Below are positions 53,117 through 63,670 of a stretch of 64,000 nucleotides of DNA, one piece after another (the first letter of the stretch is position 1; each line of letters begins with the position of its first letter). Below the pieces are notes generated by a model, which searched no databases, was not told where the DNA came from, and was given only the letters and a program-made list of their open reading frames with translations. A program made the position numbers and the translations under genes. Source of the DNA: Nitrospirota bacterium. GTDB taxonomy: Bacteria > Nitrospirota > Thermodesulfovibrionia > Thermodesulfovibrionales > JdFR-86. The DNA lies in the NCBI GenBank assembly GCA_963721805.1, contig CAVRJY010000004.1, forward strand, positions 96,001 through 160,000. Direction: 5' to 3'.

Positions 53117-54370
53117 ATGCCCAATATTAAGATAATCGGCATCGACATACCTCTAAACCTCTTCGGCCGCGAGGCCATCCGCGCACTCTCCCGCAACAAG
53201 ATGCGAAGCGCGCTCTCGGCCATCGGGATCGCGGTAGGGATCGCGGCCGTCGTCTGCGTGGTGGCGATCGGCAACGCCGGATCGAGGCGCGCCGAGCAGC
53301 AGCTGCAGGACCTCGGGGACAACCTCGTATGGATCGAGGCCGGCTCGCGCAACGTCAACGGCGTGCGCTCCGGCAGCCACGGGATGAACTCCCTTACGAT
53401 GGGGGACGCCGAGGCGATCCGCAACGAGGTGCCGCTGATCAAGAGCGTCTCCCCGAACGTGGACGGCCACGTGCTTATCGCGTTTGGGAACCGCAACTGG
53501 ACGACGCACTACCGCGGCGTCACCCCCGAGTACTTCGATATCAAGCGCTGGGACATGGCCGAGGGGGACGTCTTCGCGGACGACGACGTGGCGCATGCCG
53601 CCAACGTCGTCGTGCTCGGCCAGACCGTGCGGCAGCAGGTGTTCGGGGCCGGGCCCGCGGTCGGTCAGGACGCCCGGATCAACAGCCAGCTCTTCCGGGT
53701 GATAGGCGTGCTCGCGCCGAAGGGCCAGACCACGACCGGCTATGACCAGGACGACACCGTAGTGATGCCCTACACCACCGTGCTTAAGAAGATCCGGGGG
53801 CAGGGTTTCATATGGCTCGACGACATCCTGACCTCGGCCGTCTCGCTCGATGCCGCCGAGCCCGCGATAGCGCAGATCAACGCGCTGCTCAGGGACCGGC
53901 ACCACATCCGCCCCGGTGAGGCGGACGACTTCAACATCCGCCACCCGGAGGACGTGATCAAGGCCCAGATCGCGGCGAACCGGACGCTCGCCATCCTGCT
54001 TATAAGCGTGGCCTCGATATCGCTGCTGATCGGCGGCATCGGGATCATGAACGTGATGCTCGTCTCGGTGACGCAGCGGACGAAGGAGATCGGCCTGCGC
54101 CTCGCCGTAGGGGCCACGGCGTGGGCCATACAGGTCCAGTTCCTCGGCGAGGCCGTGATCCTGAGCCTCTTTGGCGGGCTGGCCGGGGTATTCATCGGCG
54201 TGGCGGGCTCTTTCATCATCGGCTCCGTGCTCGGATGGCCGGTTTCGATCCCCCCCGAGGCCCTGGTCCTCGCCCCGGTATTCGCCATAGGGGTCGGGAT
54301 CTTCTTCGGCTTCTATCCGGCATGGCGGGCCACCCAGCTAAACCCGATCACCGCGCTGCGCAACGAGTAG
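53117..54370 (+). CDS. MacB-like ABC transporter permease
   Basis: NKMRSALS..GI..G; GGIGIMNVMLVSVTQRTKEIGLR; FFGFYPA. Confidence 0.92.
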   Translation: MPNIKIIGIDIPLNLFGREAIRALSRNKMRSALSAIGIAVGIAAVVCVVAIGNAGSRRAEQQLQDLGDNLVWIEAGSRNVNGVRSGSHGMNSLTMGDAEAIRNEVPLIKSVSPNVDGHVLIAFGNRNWTTHYRGVTPEYFDIKRWDMAEGDVFADDDVAHAANVVVLGQTVRQQVFGAGPAVGQDARINSQLFRVIGVLAPKGQTTTGYDQDDTVVMPYTTVLKKIRGQGFIWLDDILTSAVSLDAAEPAIAQINALLRDRHHIRPGEADDFNIRHPEDVIKAQIAANRTLAILLISVASISLLIGGIGIMNVMLVSVTQRTKEIGLRLAVGATAWAIQVQFLGEAVILSLFGGLAGVFIGVAGSFIIGSVLGWPVSIPPEALVLAPVFAIGVGIFFGFYPAWRATQLNPITALRNE

Positions 54371-54439
54371 GGGGCCGCGCCTTCTATGTGCTAAGATAGT
54401 ATCCAGCGCATCTCGGGCGCCCTGGGGGGTGTATAGAGC

Positions 54440-56929
54440 ATGGCTGACAAACCGGCTGAAGAGCAGCTTCCCGTCTCACCGACGCCCTACCCTGACGCCG
54501 GCTCCTGCGGGCCGGAGATGGGCAAGCTCTACCGCCTCATCGTCTCGATGCTCTGCAACGACTACCGCCCGCCGCGCAAGGACACGTTCTATAACGGCCT
54601 CGCATACTACGTCCGCGAGCGGCTCATCGACAGATGGATAGCGGCCCAGCGCCTCTCGTACGCGCGAGAGGCCAAGCGCGTCTACTACCTCTCGATGGAG
54701 TTCCTGCCGGGGCCGTTCCTGAAGAGCTACATCACGAACCTCGATATGGCGGATGAGTGCAAGCGCGCGCTGGACTGCTCCGGGTTCACGGTCGACGGCC
54801 TGGCGCCAGAGGAGGCCGAGCCCGGCCTCGGCAACGGCGGCCTGGGGCGGCTCGCGTCGTGCTACATGGACTCGATGGCCACGCTCGGCATATCCGGCTA
54901 CGGCTACGGCATCCGCTACGAGTACGGGATATTCAACCAGCGCATCTCAAACGGCTGGCAGGTCGAGGAGTCCGACAACTGGCTCCAGAAGACCAACCCC
55001 TGGGAGATCGGCCGGCGCGGGTTTCCCTTCGCGCTCAAGTTCTATGGCCGCTCCGAGGCCTACACCGACGAGCAGGGCAACAGGCGCTACCGCTGGGTCG
55101 ACACCGAGACCGTAAACGCGGTGGCCAACGACATCCTGATCCCCGGCTACGGCAACGAGACCGTAAACAACATGCGGCTGTGGTCCGCCGTGTCGAGCAA
55201 GGAATTCAACCTGCAGTTTTTCAACCGCGGCGACTACATCCGCGCGATGGAGGCCAAGGTCCTTACCGAGAACATCTCGAAGGTCCTCTACCCCAGCGAC
55301 GAGCCGGAGCAAGGCAAGACGCTGCGCCTCAGGCAGCAGTACTTCCTCGTGGCCGCGACGTTCCAGGACATCATGCGGCGGTTCCGCAAGCTCCCGATGT
55401 ACATCCGCGACCTGCCGCGCTACGTCGCGGTGCAGCTCAACGACACGCACCCGGCCATCAGCATCCCGGAGCTCATGCGCATCCTCCTGGACGAGGAGGG
55501 CATGGGCTGGGACGAGGCCTGGCAGGTATGCGTCGAGACCTTCGCGTACACCAACCACACCGTCATGCCCGAGGCGCTTGAGCGCTGGCCGGTGAGGCTG
55601 TTCATCAAGCTCTTCCCGCGCCACCTGGAGATCATATACGAGATCAACCGGCGGTTCCTCGAAGAGGTCGCGGCCAAGTATCCGGGTGACGCCGACCGCC
55701 TCCGCCGCATGTCGATCATCGAGGAGGGCGCTGAGAAAAAGGTCCGCATGGCGCACTTAGCTATTGTCGGCAGCCACCGCGTAAACGGCGTGGCCGCGCT
55801 CCATACCCATATCCTCAAGACGCGCCTGTTTAAGGACTTCGACGAGTTCTTCCCCGGCCGCATCATCAACGTCACGAACGGCATCACCCCGCGCCGCTGG
55901 CTCATGCAGGCCAACCCACCGCTTGCGGCGCTCATCACCAGCACTATCGGGCCGGGCTGGACCACGAACCTCTACGACCTGCGCTGGCTCGAGCCGCACG
56001 CCGAGAACCAGGCATTCCGCGCGTCGTGGCGCAAGGTCAAGCGCGAGAACAAGAAGCGCCTCGCCGAGTACATCCTTCAAGTGACCGGCATAACCGTGGA
56101 CGCCGACTCGATGTTCGACATCCAGACGAAGCGCATCCACGAGTACAAGCGCCAGCTTTTAAACGTCCTGCACGTCATCACGCTCTATAACCGCATGCGC
56201 AAGGAGCCGCGCGCCAAGTACGTCCCGCGCACCGTTATCATCGCCGGGAAGGCCGCGCCCGGCTACTACATGGCCAAGCTCCTGATCAAGCTCGTCAACT
56301 CGGTGGCCGACGTAGTAAACAACGACCCCGCGATCAAGGGCCGCTTAAAACTCGTCTTCCTGCCCAACTACAACGTCTCGCAGGCCGAGAAGGTCGTCGC
56401 CGCCGCGGACGTCTCGGAGCAGATATCGACCGCGGGCATGGAGGCCTCCGGCACCGGGAATATGAAGTTCTCCCTAAACGGCGCTGCCATCGTGGGGACG
56501 CTCGACGGCGCTAACGTCGAGATCCGAGACGAGGTCGGCGAGCGCAATATCTTTATCTTCGGGCTCACCGAGGACGAGGTACAGGGCCTGCGCACCTCGG
56601 GCTACAACCCCTGGCACTTCTACCACTCGGACCCCGAACTGCGCGAGGCCGTGGACATGATCACCTCGGGCCGCTTCAGCCCGGAGGAGCGCGACCTGTT
56701 TAGGCCGATCACGCAGTCGATCCTCGATCAGGGCGACTACTACATGGTGCTCTCTGACTACCGCGCGTTCATCAACGTGCAGGACGAGGTCGACCGCGCG
56801 TACCGCGACATCGAGGGCTGGACACGCCGGTCCATACTCAACACCGCACGGATGGGCAAGTTTTCGAGCGACAGGGCGGTCAAGGAATATGCAGAAAAGA
56901 TATGGGGACTGGGACAGGTCGGAATATAA
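54440..56929 (+). CDS. glgP: Glycogen/alpha-glucan phosphorylase
   Basis: LGNGGLGRLA, QLNDTHP, KRIHEYKRQ, EASGTGNMKF. Confidence 0.97.
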   Translation: MADKPAEEQLPVSPTPYPDAGSCGPEMGKLYRLIVSMLCNDYRPPRKDTFYNGLAYYVRERLIDRWIAAQRLSYAREAKRVYYLSMEFLPGPFLKSYITNLDMADECKRALDCSGFTVDGLAPEEAEPGLGNGGLGRLASCYMDSMATLGISGYGYGIRYEYGIFNQRISNGWQVEESDNWLQKTNPWEIGRRGFPFALKFYGRSEAYTDEQGNRRYRWVDTETVNAVANDILIPGYGNETVNNMRLWSAVSSKEFNLQFFNRGDYIRAMEAKVLTENISKVLYPSDEPEQGKTLRLRQQYFLVAATFQDIMRRFRKLPMYIRDLPRYVAVQLNDTHPAISIPELMRILLDEEGMGWDEAWQVCVETFAYTNHTVMPEALERWPVRLFIKLFPRHLEIIYEINRRFLEEVAAKYPGDADRLRRMSIIEEGAEKKVRMAHLAIVGSHRVNGVAALHTHILKTRLFKDFDEFFPGRIINVTNGITPRRWLMQANPPLAALITSTIGPGWTTNLYDLRWLEPHAENQAFRASWRKVKRENKKRLAEYILQVTGITVDADSMFDIQTKRIHEYKRQLLNVLHVITLYNRMRKEPRAKYVPRTVIIAGKAAPGYYMAKLLIKLVNSVADVVNNDPAIKGRLKLVFLPNYNVSQAEKVVAAADVSEQISTAGMEASGTGNMKFSLNGAAIVGTLDGANVEIRDEVGERNIFIFGLTEDEVQGLRTSGYNPWHFYHSDPELREAVDMITSGRFSPEERDLFRPITQSILDQGDYYMVLSDYRAFINVQDEVDRAYRDIEGWTRRSILNTARMGKFSSDRAVKEYAEKIWGLGQVGI

Positions 56930-56944
56930 TCTCCTGTTCTTCTT

Positions 56945-57130
56945 AAAGCGCTCCAAATCGCTTGATACGTCGTCACCGTCCGAAAAACGATCCTCGAAGT
57001 ATGTCCATATACTACTGCGGTCGTTTTTCGTCCGGTTCCTAGTCTGAAGACGATTTGGCGCGCTTTCGGGGGTGTGGAAAAAGGGGGGGCCAGTCGGCCC
57101 GCCCCCCGGGCCCCCGTGGTCAAAGGCATT
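56945..57130 (+). repeat. Dispersed rod-like repeat, copy H
   Basis: AAAGCGCTCCAAATCGCTTGATACGTCGTCACC head; AGTAT-GTCCAT-ATACT apex; GGTCAAAGGCATT tail. Confidence 0.9.
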
Positions 57131-57134
57131 ATTT

Positions 57135-57160
57135 AAAAAAGGGGCCTTTCGGCCCCTTTT
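57135..57160. terminator. Bidirectional intrinsic terminator-like hairpin
   Basis: AAAAAAGGGGCC-TTTC-GGCCCCTTTT between convergent glgP and cytochrome genes. Confidence 0.7.
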
Positions 57161-57191
57161 CATATTAGATTAACGGTGCCCGCCTCATCAT

Positions 57192-58844
57192 CTAGAAGGG
57201 ATAGCGGTGGCACTCCACGCAGCCTATCTGCTGGCCCTTGGCGAAGGTCACTTTACTCCTACCCTTGACACGGAAGGTGCGCTGGCTGGACGCCTTCGAT
57301 AGCGCGGTGCCCGCGAAATTGACGCCATGGCAGCGGGCGCAGGCGGCCGCGTTCAGGGCATATTTCTTGTGATGGTCCACCATGGCCTGCCCTATTGTAT
57401 GCATGCCGTGAGGCCCGCTGCTTGCGGTCAGCGGGACCTTGCGATGGCATACCGAGCACTCCGCGAGCGTGCCGGCGTAGCCCTGAAGCGCGATGCTCTG
57501 GACGTTGTCGTTGGGCTCGGGCGTGGGCCATTCGGCGTGCGTAGAGCCGTGGCAGCCCTCGCACTGGACGCCCCCGTGCTCGTCGCGGACCTTATAGAGG
57601 CTGCCATCCGTCGTAAATACGCTTGGCTCATCCGTCACCACGCCTGGGGCCGCAAAGACCGTGGTGTTTCTTATATACGTGCCGTCCGCTGCGGTGTAAT
57701 GACATCCCTGGCACGTCGGCAGGTCAAGCCATCCCCGCCTGTCGGCCGAGCCTACGATCGACATCTTCCCGTGGCAGTCCTGGCACTGGATCAGCATGTT
57801 GCCTTCGGCGTCTTTGGCGTTGCCCATCACGCCTCTGAGGCACTGGGTCGTCGAGCCGGGGTGGCAATAATAGCATACGGAGCGGCTCGTCGTATCATCC
57901 ATGGGCATCCCGGTGTTGTCGTCCATGGCCTTCGTGGCATGCCATGAGTGCATCGAGGTAGTCAGCTGCTTGACCCCGGCGGCCCCCGGAGTGCCGAGGG
58001 CGTTTGAGGGGTGGCAACGTGCGCACAGCACCGGCATGCCGCCTGAAGCGGTATTGGACAGGCCGCTCAGGTCGTATCCCATCTGGTCGAGGGCGGCGTT
58101 ATAGATGTCATTGCCGATGTTCTTGTCGTCATGGATCAGGAGGATGTTCTCCTTCCAGTCCTTCTCTGGGTCGGGGTCGTTCACCCATCCGGCAAGGGGC
58201 TCTGCCATCGGGTCCCCGGTGTACGAGGCATGGCAGTGCACGCAGGTTATCTCGTCGCTGACAGGCAGCACGACGCTGGTCGACGCGAGCGTGCGACCAC
58301 TGCGGTCCTTGACGACGACCTTCACCATCGGGTAGTAATTCGCGTTGAGGTTGTCGTCATACGGGGTCAGCGGTATGCCCTCGGCCTTCCAGTAACCCAT
58401 CAGGGGGTCATAGCTCATCAAGGCCGGGGTCTTGCCCGGCGCACGGTTGCCCGTAAGCCCGGCGTTTTCGTCCGGCTGGACCCCGAAGAGGTCCAGCGCC
58501 CAGTCCCAGAAGTCCGTCTTCCCTATGCTCGTGGAGTTCATCGAGCCGTGCGTGTCCACGGCCGCCTTGTATGACACGGTGATCCCGGAGGTGACGAGCC
58601 TCCCGGTCTTCCGGTTTATAACCTGTGCGTGGAGGTTATTGTAAGGCGGCAGGATCGCGAAGACCGAGTAGCTATGGTCAATGCAGTGCATCCCAAGGTC
58701 GTTCCAGGCATATACGGCATACTTGTCGTTGCCCGACGCTACGCTGGATGCGAAACAAACGCCCGCAGTAACGCCACATGACAGCCACACCACAAGCAAA
58801 AATACCGGAAACCATTTCGAAAAAGCTAGCCTTGACCTCTCCAT
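57192..58844 (-). CDS. Exported multiheme cytochrome c (9 CxxCH)
   Basis: Signal peptide; CVHCH, CARCH, CYYCH, CQDCH, CQGCH, CEGCH, CSVCH, CARCH, CVECH. Confidence 0.92.
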   Translation of the reverse strand: MERSRLAFSKWFPVFLLVVWLSCGVTAGVCFASSVASGNDKYAVYAWNDLGMHCIDHSYSVFAILPPYNNLHAQVINRKTGRLVTSGITVSYKAAVDTHGSMNSTSIGKTDFWDWALDLFGVQPDENAGLTGNRAPGKTPALMSYDPLMGYWKAEGIPLTPYDDNLNANYYPMVKVVVKDRSGRTLASTSVVLPVSDEITCVHCHASYTGDPMAEPLAGWVNDPDPEKDWKENILLIHDDKNIGNDIYNAALDQMGYDLSGLSNTASGGMPVLCARCHPSNALGTPGAAGVKQLTTSMHSWHATKAMDDNTGMPMDDTTSRSVCYYCHPGSTTQCLRGVMGNAKDAEGNMLIQCQDCHGKMSIVGSADRRGWLDLPTCQGCHYTAADGTYIRNTTVFAAPGVVTDEPSVFTTDGSLYKVRDEHGGVQCEGCHGSTHAEWPTPEPNDNVQSIALQGYAGTLAECSVCHRKVPLTASSGPHGMHTIGQAMVDHHKKYALNAAACARCHGVNFAGTALSKASSQRTFRVKGRSKVTFAKGQQIGCVECHRYPF

Positions 58845-58880
58845 ATCCTTTGCCTCCTTCGAATAATCCTCCCTGAGAAA

Positions 58881-58908
58881 ATTCTATCAGACAATGCGCC
58901 GATGTCAA
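58881..58908 (-). promoter_or_regulatory. Putative sigma70 promoter of the cytochrome gene
   Basis: TTGACA-N16-TAGAAT with extended -10 TG, 36 nt upstream of the ATG. Confidence 0.6.
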
Positions 58909-59068
58909 ATTGTAGCTTTAGGGCATTTGCCTTGGATAGCGAGATGCCGCGAGGGCCGGGGAGGACGGAGTACGGGCGGGCGGCCACCGGTGATTGACGC
59001 GTTCCGCATTTTGAAATACACTCTGGATTGAGATGGACCAATCCAGAGTGACATGCAAGGGGGGGCCG

Positions 59069-59614
59069 ATGAAGATTCCCGCCGGAAAGGGATTGCGCGC
59101 ACTGATTGTATCTATGTTGCTGTCGCTCATAACCGCATCGGCCTGCTACGCCGGGGGCGGCAACGAGGTCGGCGCGGGGATCGGGATGAACTTCGAAAGC
59201 CAGAACGTCAGGCAGGAGTTTATATACGTAGCTCACTGGTGGGACTCTGCAAAGTACGACTTCCTCAGCTACCGCCTCGAGGCGAGCGCGGACGTAATCG
59301 CCAACGGCAGCTCCATAGTAATCGGCACGCTCTTGCCGGCCGCGAGGTTCTACGTGCCGGCCGGCCCGGCCTGGCGGCCGTTCTTCGATATCGGGGCCGG
59401 GGTGAGCCTCAAGCACGGCAACCTCGTGGGCGGCAGGCACCTGTCCGGCCCTATCGCCTTCACCCTCATGGACGCCATAGGGGTCGAGTACAAGACCGCG
59501 TCAGGCCGCAGGCTCTCGCTCTCCACCCGGTTTAAGCACATCTCGAACTCAGGCCTCTACAGGCGCAACGAGGGCTTCAACGCCCAGTACATCGTATTGG
59601 CCGTGGGATTTTGA
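59069..59614 (+). CDS. pagL: PagL-like lipid A 3-O-deacylase (acyloxyacyl hydrolase)
   Basis: Signal peptide; beta-barrel pattern; HISNSGL..RNEGFN catalytic motif; C-terminal F. Confidence 0.8.
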   Translation: MKIPAGKGLRALIVSMLLSLITASACYAGGGNEVGAGIGMNFESQNVRQEFIYVAHWWDSAKYDFLSYRLEASADVIANGSSIVIGTLLPAARFYVPAGPAWRPFFDIGAGVSLKHGNLVGGRHLSGPIAFTLMDAIGVEYKTASGRRLSLSTRFKHISNSGLYRRNEGFNAQYIVLAVGF

Positions 59615-59635
59615 TTGGCCCGGGCCGAGGGGCTG

Positions 59636-62176
59636 ATGAGTGGGGGCCAGCAGGCCCCGCCGTTCTGGCAACAGGGCCTCGCCCCGCTCCTTGAGTCTCT
59701 CGGCGCGACCGCCTCCGGGCTCGCGGCCGATGAGGCGGCCTCTCGCCTCGCACGGTTCGGGCCCAACCTCCTGCACCCGCCCAAGAGGCGTATGCTGCTC
59801 CTGCAGTTCCTCTCGAAGTTCCTCAGCCCCCTTGTGCTCATACTCCTGGCCGCGAGCTTCGTACTGGCCCTCACGGGGGACATGGCGAGTTTCATCATAA
59901 TCTCCATGATAGTCCTGATGAGCGTGACGCTGGATTTCGTGCAGGAGCACCGCGCGGGACAGGCGGCCGAGCGCCTGCGCCAGTCGGTCGCGGTGCGCGT
60001 GCAGGCCCTGCGCGGCGGCAGGCCGCTCGATGTCCCGATAGCGGACCTGGTGCCGGGGGACATCGTGCTTCTGGCCGCCGGGGACCTGGTCCCAGGCGAC
60101 GCCCGCGTGCTCGAGGCGAAGGACTTCTTCGTAAACCAGGCGCTCCTGACCGGAGAGCCCTATCCCGTCGAGAAGGCGCCGGGTGAATCGCCCGCCGAGG
60201 CGGAGGTCCTGGCCTCGACGAACACGGTGCTCATGGGGACCTCGGTGATCAGCGGCTCGGCCCGCGTCCTGATCTGCCGCACCGGGGCCGACACCACACT
60301 CGGAGAGATCTCCGACACGCTCATAACCAAGCCCCCTCCCACCTCGTTCGAGACCGGCACGCGCCGCTTCGGGATGCTCATCATGCGCCTGACGATCATA
60401 ATGGTGCTCTTCGTCCTGCTGATGAACGCGGTCTTCCACAGGCCGTGGCTTCAATCGTTCCTGTTCGCTGTCGCGCTCGCCGTCGGCCTGACCCCCGAGC
60501 TCCTGCCGATGGTGATCTCGGTGACGCTCGCTCGCGGGGCGCAGCGCATGGCCGCCAAGAAGGTGATCGTCAAGCGTCTGCAGGCGATCCAGAACCTCGG
60601 GAGCATGGACGTCCTGTGCACGGACAAGACCGGCACGCTCACCGAGGCGCGGATCACCCTGGAGCGCCACGTCGACAGCTCCGGGCATGACAGCAAACGC
60701 GTGCTGCAGCTCGCTTACCTCAACAGCTTCTTCGAGACCGGCCTGAAGAGCCCGCTCGACAACGCGATACTCGAGCACGTCGAGGTCGATATAAAGGGCT
60801 GGAACAAGATCGACGAATGCCCGTTCGATTTCGAGCGCAGGCGGGTCTCGGTGCTCGCCGACGACGGCCGGACGCGGCTGCTCGTGGTCAAGGGCGCGCC
60901 CGAGGATATCCTCAGGCTCTCGACCCAATATGAGGGGACGAGTGAGACCGACCTTCATCCCATGGACACTACCGCGATGGCCGCGGTCCACTCACTGTTT
61001 GAGTCCCTCGGCCGCGAGGGTTTTCGCGTGCTTGGCGTGGCATGGCGGGCCGTCGGGGCTGACCATCCCCATGCGGTCGTAAGCGACGAGACCGAACTCG
61101 TATTCGCCGGGTTCGCGGCCTTCCTCGACCCGCCCAAGGCGAGCGCCGGGCAGGCCCTTGCGAACCTCGCCGCAAGCGGCGTAGCGCTCAAGATCGTCAC
61201 GGGCGATAACGAGCTCGTGACCGAGCACGTCTGCCGCCAGCTCGGGCTGCCGATCACCGGGGTGCTCACCGGCGATGAGATCCACCTGATGGACGAGCAG
61301 GCGCTTGCCGTGAGGGTTGAGGGCGCAAACCTCTTCTGCCGCGTAAACCCGGCCCAGAAAAACAGGATCATCCTGGCGCTCAAAAAGCGGGGCCACGCGG
61401 TCGGATACCTGGGCGACGGGATCAACGACGCCCCCTCGCTGCACTCGGCGGACATCGGCATCTCGGTCGACAGCGCCGTGGACGTCGCAAAGGGGGCGGC
61501 CGAGATGATACTGCTCGAACACGACCTGGGCGTCCTTTACGACGGCGTGCTCGAGGGCCGCCGCACCTTCGGCAACGTCATGAAGTACATCATGATGGGC
61601 ACGAGCTCGAATTTCGGCAACATGTTCAGCATGGCCGGGGGGTTTCTCTTCCTGCCGTTCATCCCGATGCTCCCGGCGCAGATACTGCTCAACAACATGC
61701 TCTATGACCTCTCGGAGGTCCCGATCCCCTTAGACAACGTCGACGAGGAATACCTGAGCCGCCCGAGGCAGTGGGACATAGACTTCGTCCGGAGGTTCAT
61801 GCTCGCGGTCGGGCCGGTCAGCTCCATATTCGATTTCCTGACCTTCTACGTCATGCTGAGGCTCTTTAACGCCAATGAGGCGCTCTTCCATACCGGTTGG
61901 TTCGTGGAATCCCTGGCCACGCAGGTGCTCGTGATATTCATTATCCGCACCCACAGAAACCCTCTAAGGAGCAGCCCGAACCCCTGGCTGACAGGCGTCT
62001 CCCTCGCGGTCGTGGCCATAGCCATCGCCCTGCCCTTCAGCCCGCTGGCCGGGTACCTCGGGTTCGAGCCGCTCCCTCCGCTGTTCTTCCTCGTGCTGGG
62101 CGGCATGGTGGCGTTTTACCTGCTGATCGTGGAGCAGGTGAAGCAGGCGTTCTTCCGCCATTTCGCGATGAGGTGA
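59636..62176 (+). CDS. mgtA: Magnesium-translocating P-type ATPase
   Basis: LTGE, AVGLTPELLP, DKTGTLT, PFDFERRR, GDGINDAP, SSNFGNMFS. Confidence 0.95.
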   Translation: MSGGQQAPPFWQQGLAPLLESLGATASGLAADEAASRLARFGPNLLHPPKRRMLLLQFLSKFLSPLVLILLAASFVLALTGDMASFIIISMIVLMSVTLDFVQEHRAGQAAERLRQSVAVRVQALRGGRPLDVPIADLVPGDIVLLAAGDLVPGDARVLEAKDFFVNQALLTGEPYPVEKAPGESPAEAEVLASTNTVLMGTSVISGSARVLICRTGADTTLGEISDTLITKPPPTSFETGTRRFGMLIMRLTIIMVLFVLLMNAVFHRPWLQSFLFAVALAVGLTPELLPMVISVTLARGAQRMAAKKVIVKRLQAIQNLGSMDVLCTDKTGTLTEARITLERHVDSSGHDSKRVLQLAYLNSFFETGLKSPLDNAILEHVEVDIKGWNKIDECPFDFERRRVSVLADDGRTRLLVVKGAPEDILRLSTQYEGTSETDLHPMDTTAMAAVHSLFESLGREGFRVLGVAWRAVGADHPHAVVSDETELVFAGFAAFLDPPKASAGQALANLAASGVALKIVTGDNELVTEHVCRQLGLPITGVLTGDEIHLMDEQALAVRVEGANLFCRVNPAQKNRIILALKKRGHAVGYLGDGINDAPSLHSADIGISVDSAVDVAKGAAEMILLEHDLGVLYDGVLEGRRTFGNVMKYIMMGTSSNFGNMFSMAGGFLFLPFIPMLPAQILLNNMLYDLSEVPIPLDNVDEEYLSRPRQWDIDFVRRFMLAVGPVSSIFDFLTFYVMLRLFNANEALFHTGWFVESLATQVLVIFIIRTHRNPLRSSPNPWLTGVSLAVVAIAIALPFSPLAGYLGFEPLPPLFFLVLGGMVAFYLLIVEQVKQAFFRHFAMR

Positions 62177-62289
62177 AACAGCGCCGCTTATGCGACACTT
62201 ACGATTTCAGGGTGAGAAGGGGGCAGTCGCCCACAGTTGCACCTAGCGCATCTGGGTGGATCGCGATATACTTAGATCAAGAGGACCCC

Positions 62290-63568
62290 ATGCTAAAGCA
62301 ACTCACGACAAATTTCGGCAATACACTGCTGGCTCTCTCGGATTCCATCGAGCTGGCGAGCCCCGAGATCGCGACGCATCAGCTGAGGGTAGCGTACGTC
62401 GCGTGGCAGATCGCCGAGGCCGCCGAATTGCCCAAAAAGAGGGTCGAGGACCTGTTCATCGGCGGGCTGTTCCACGACATCGGGGCCCTGACGCTCGAAG
62501 ACAAGATCCTGATACACCGCTCCGAGATGCAGGACGTCGCACAGCACTGCCTGCTCGGGGAATCGCTCTTTGAGCTCTACCCGTCGCTCTTCGGACAGGC
62601 CAAGGACTCCGTCAGGTTCCACCATACGGCGTGGTCGGCATGGAAGGTGCCGATAGACCGGCCCCTGGCCTTCGACTCCCAGATACTGCACCTGGCGGAC
62701 TTCCTCGAGCGGCAGATAGACCGGGAGGTGTATATCCTCGAGCAGACCGAGGCGCTCGACAGCGAGGTGCTGAGCTGCTCCGGGGATGAGTTGCACCCGG
62801 ACGTCATCGCGCTTTATATGGGGCTCTCCAGGCGAGAGAGCTTCTGGCTGGACCTGGTATCGCCCAGGCTCTACAACATCCTGCTTAGCCAGGGCCCGCT
62901 CAGGGGCATCGAGATAACTACCGCCGACCTGCTCTCGATCGCGCAGATGGTCAGCCACATCATCGACTTCAAAAGCAGGTTCACGGCCACCCACACGGCA
63001 GGAGTGGCCGAGTGCGCAACGATCCTCGCGCAGACATACGGGATTCCCGAAGACGACATCATGCGTATAAGGATAGCCGCGTTCTTTCACGACCTCGGCA
63101 AGCTCTCGGTCCCGAACGCAATTCTGGAGAAGCCCGCGAGGCTCACCAAGGCCGAGTTCGCTGTCATGCGGCAGCACACTTACCACACGCATGCGACGCT
63201 GAGCGCGATAGGCGGGCTGGAGCGGATACCGGAATGGGCCGCGTTTCACCACGAGAGGCTCGACGGCTCGGGCTACCCCTTTCATGTCACGGGCAACAGG
63301 ATCAGCATCGAGGCGAGGATACTCGCGATCTCGGACATCTTCACCGCGCTCTCGGAGAACAGGCCCTACCGCCCCGGCATGGCATGGAAGGAGATCGAGG
63401 AGCTGCTGTAACGAACACTGCTCAAAGAGCACCATCGACAAGGGCATAGCAAAGCTCATCGTCGACGACCACGTCGCGATCCGCGCCAGGGTGATGGACG
63501 CGCAGGACAGGTCCGAGGCCCTGTTCATGGAGAAGTTCTCGAGGGCCGACCGCGGCGGCATACTGTAA
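62290..63568 (+). CDS. Tandem HD/HD-GYP domain phosphohydrolase, +1 frameshift at about 63409
   Basis: HDIG and HDLGK domains; HHERLDGSGYP; RPYRP; CTG [T] AAC restores the C-terminal helix. Confidence 0.88.
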
Positions 63569-63670
63569 TTTTCGGCGTGCGCCTCCAATCCGTGTCGGAT
63601 TGTGATAATATCCATATGTTGCGCCGCGCGCGGCAGCACCGATCACTCACACCTCAGGAGGCTTCGCAAT

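Noticed and set aside
58909..58945. c-di-GMP-I riboswitch upstream of the cytochrome gene
   Set aside because: Only a GGCAAA-like fragment; no GNRA-capped P2 or P3 stem, and it lies upstream of the predicted promoter
59549..60991. Long antisense and alternate-frame ORFs (also 9713-10861, 31425-32714, 39835-41019, 62293-63639)
   Set aside because: Shadow ORFs of well-supported genes in high-GC DNA, with no recognisable motifs
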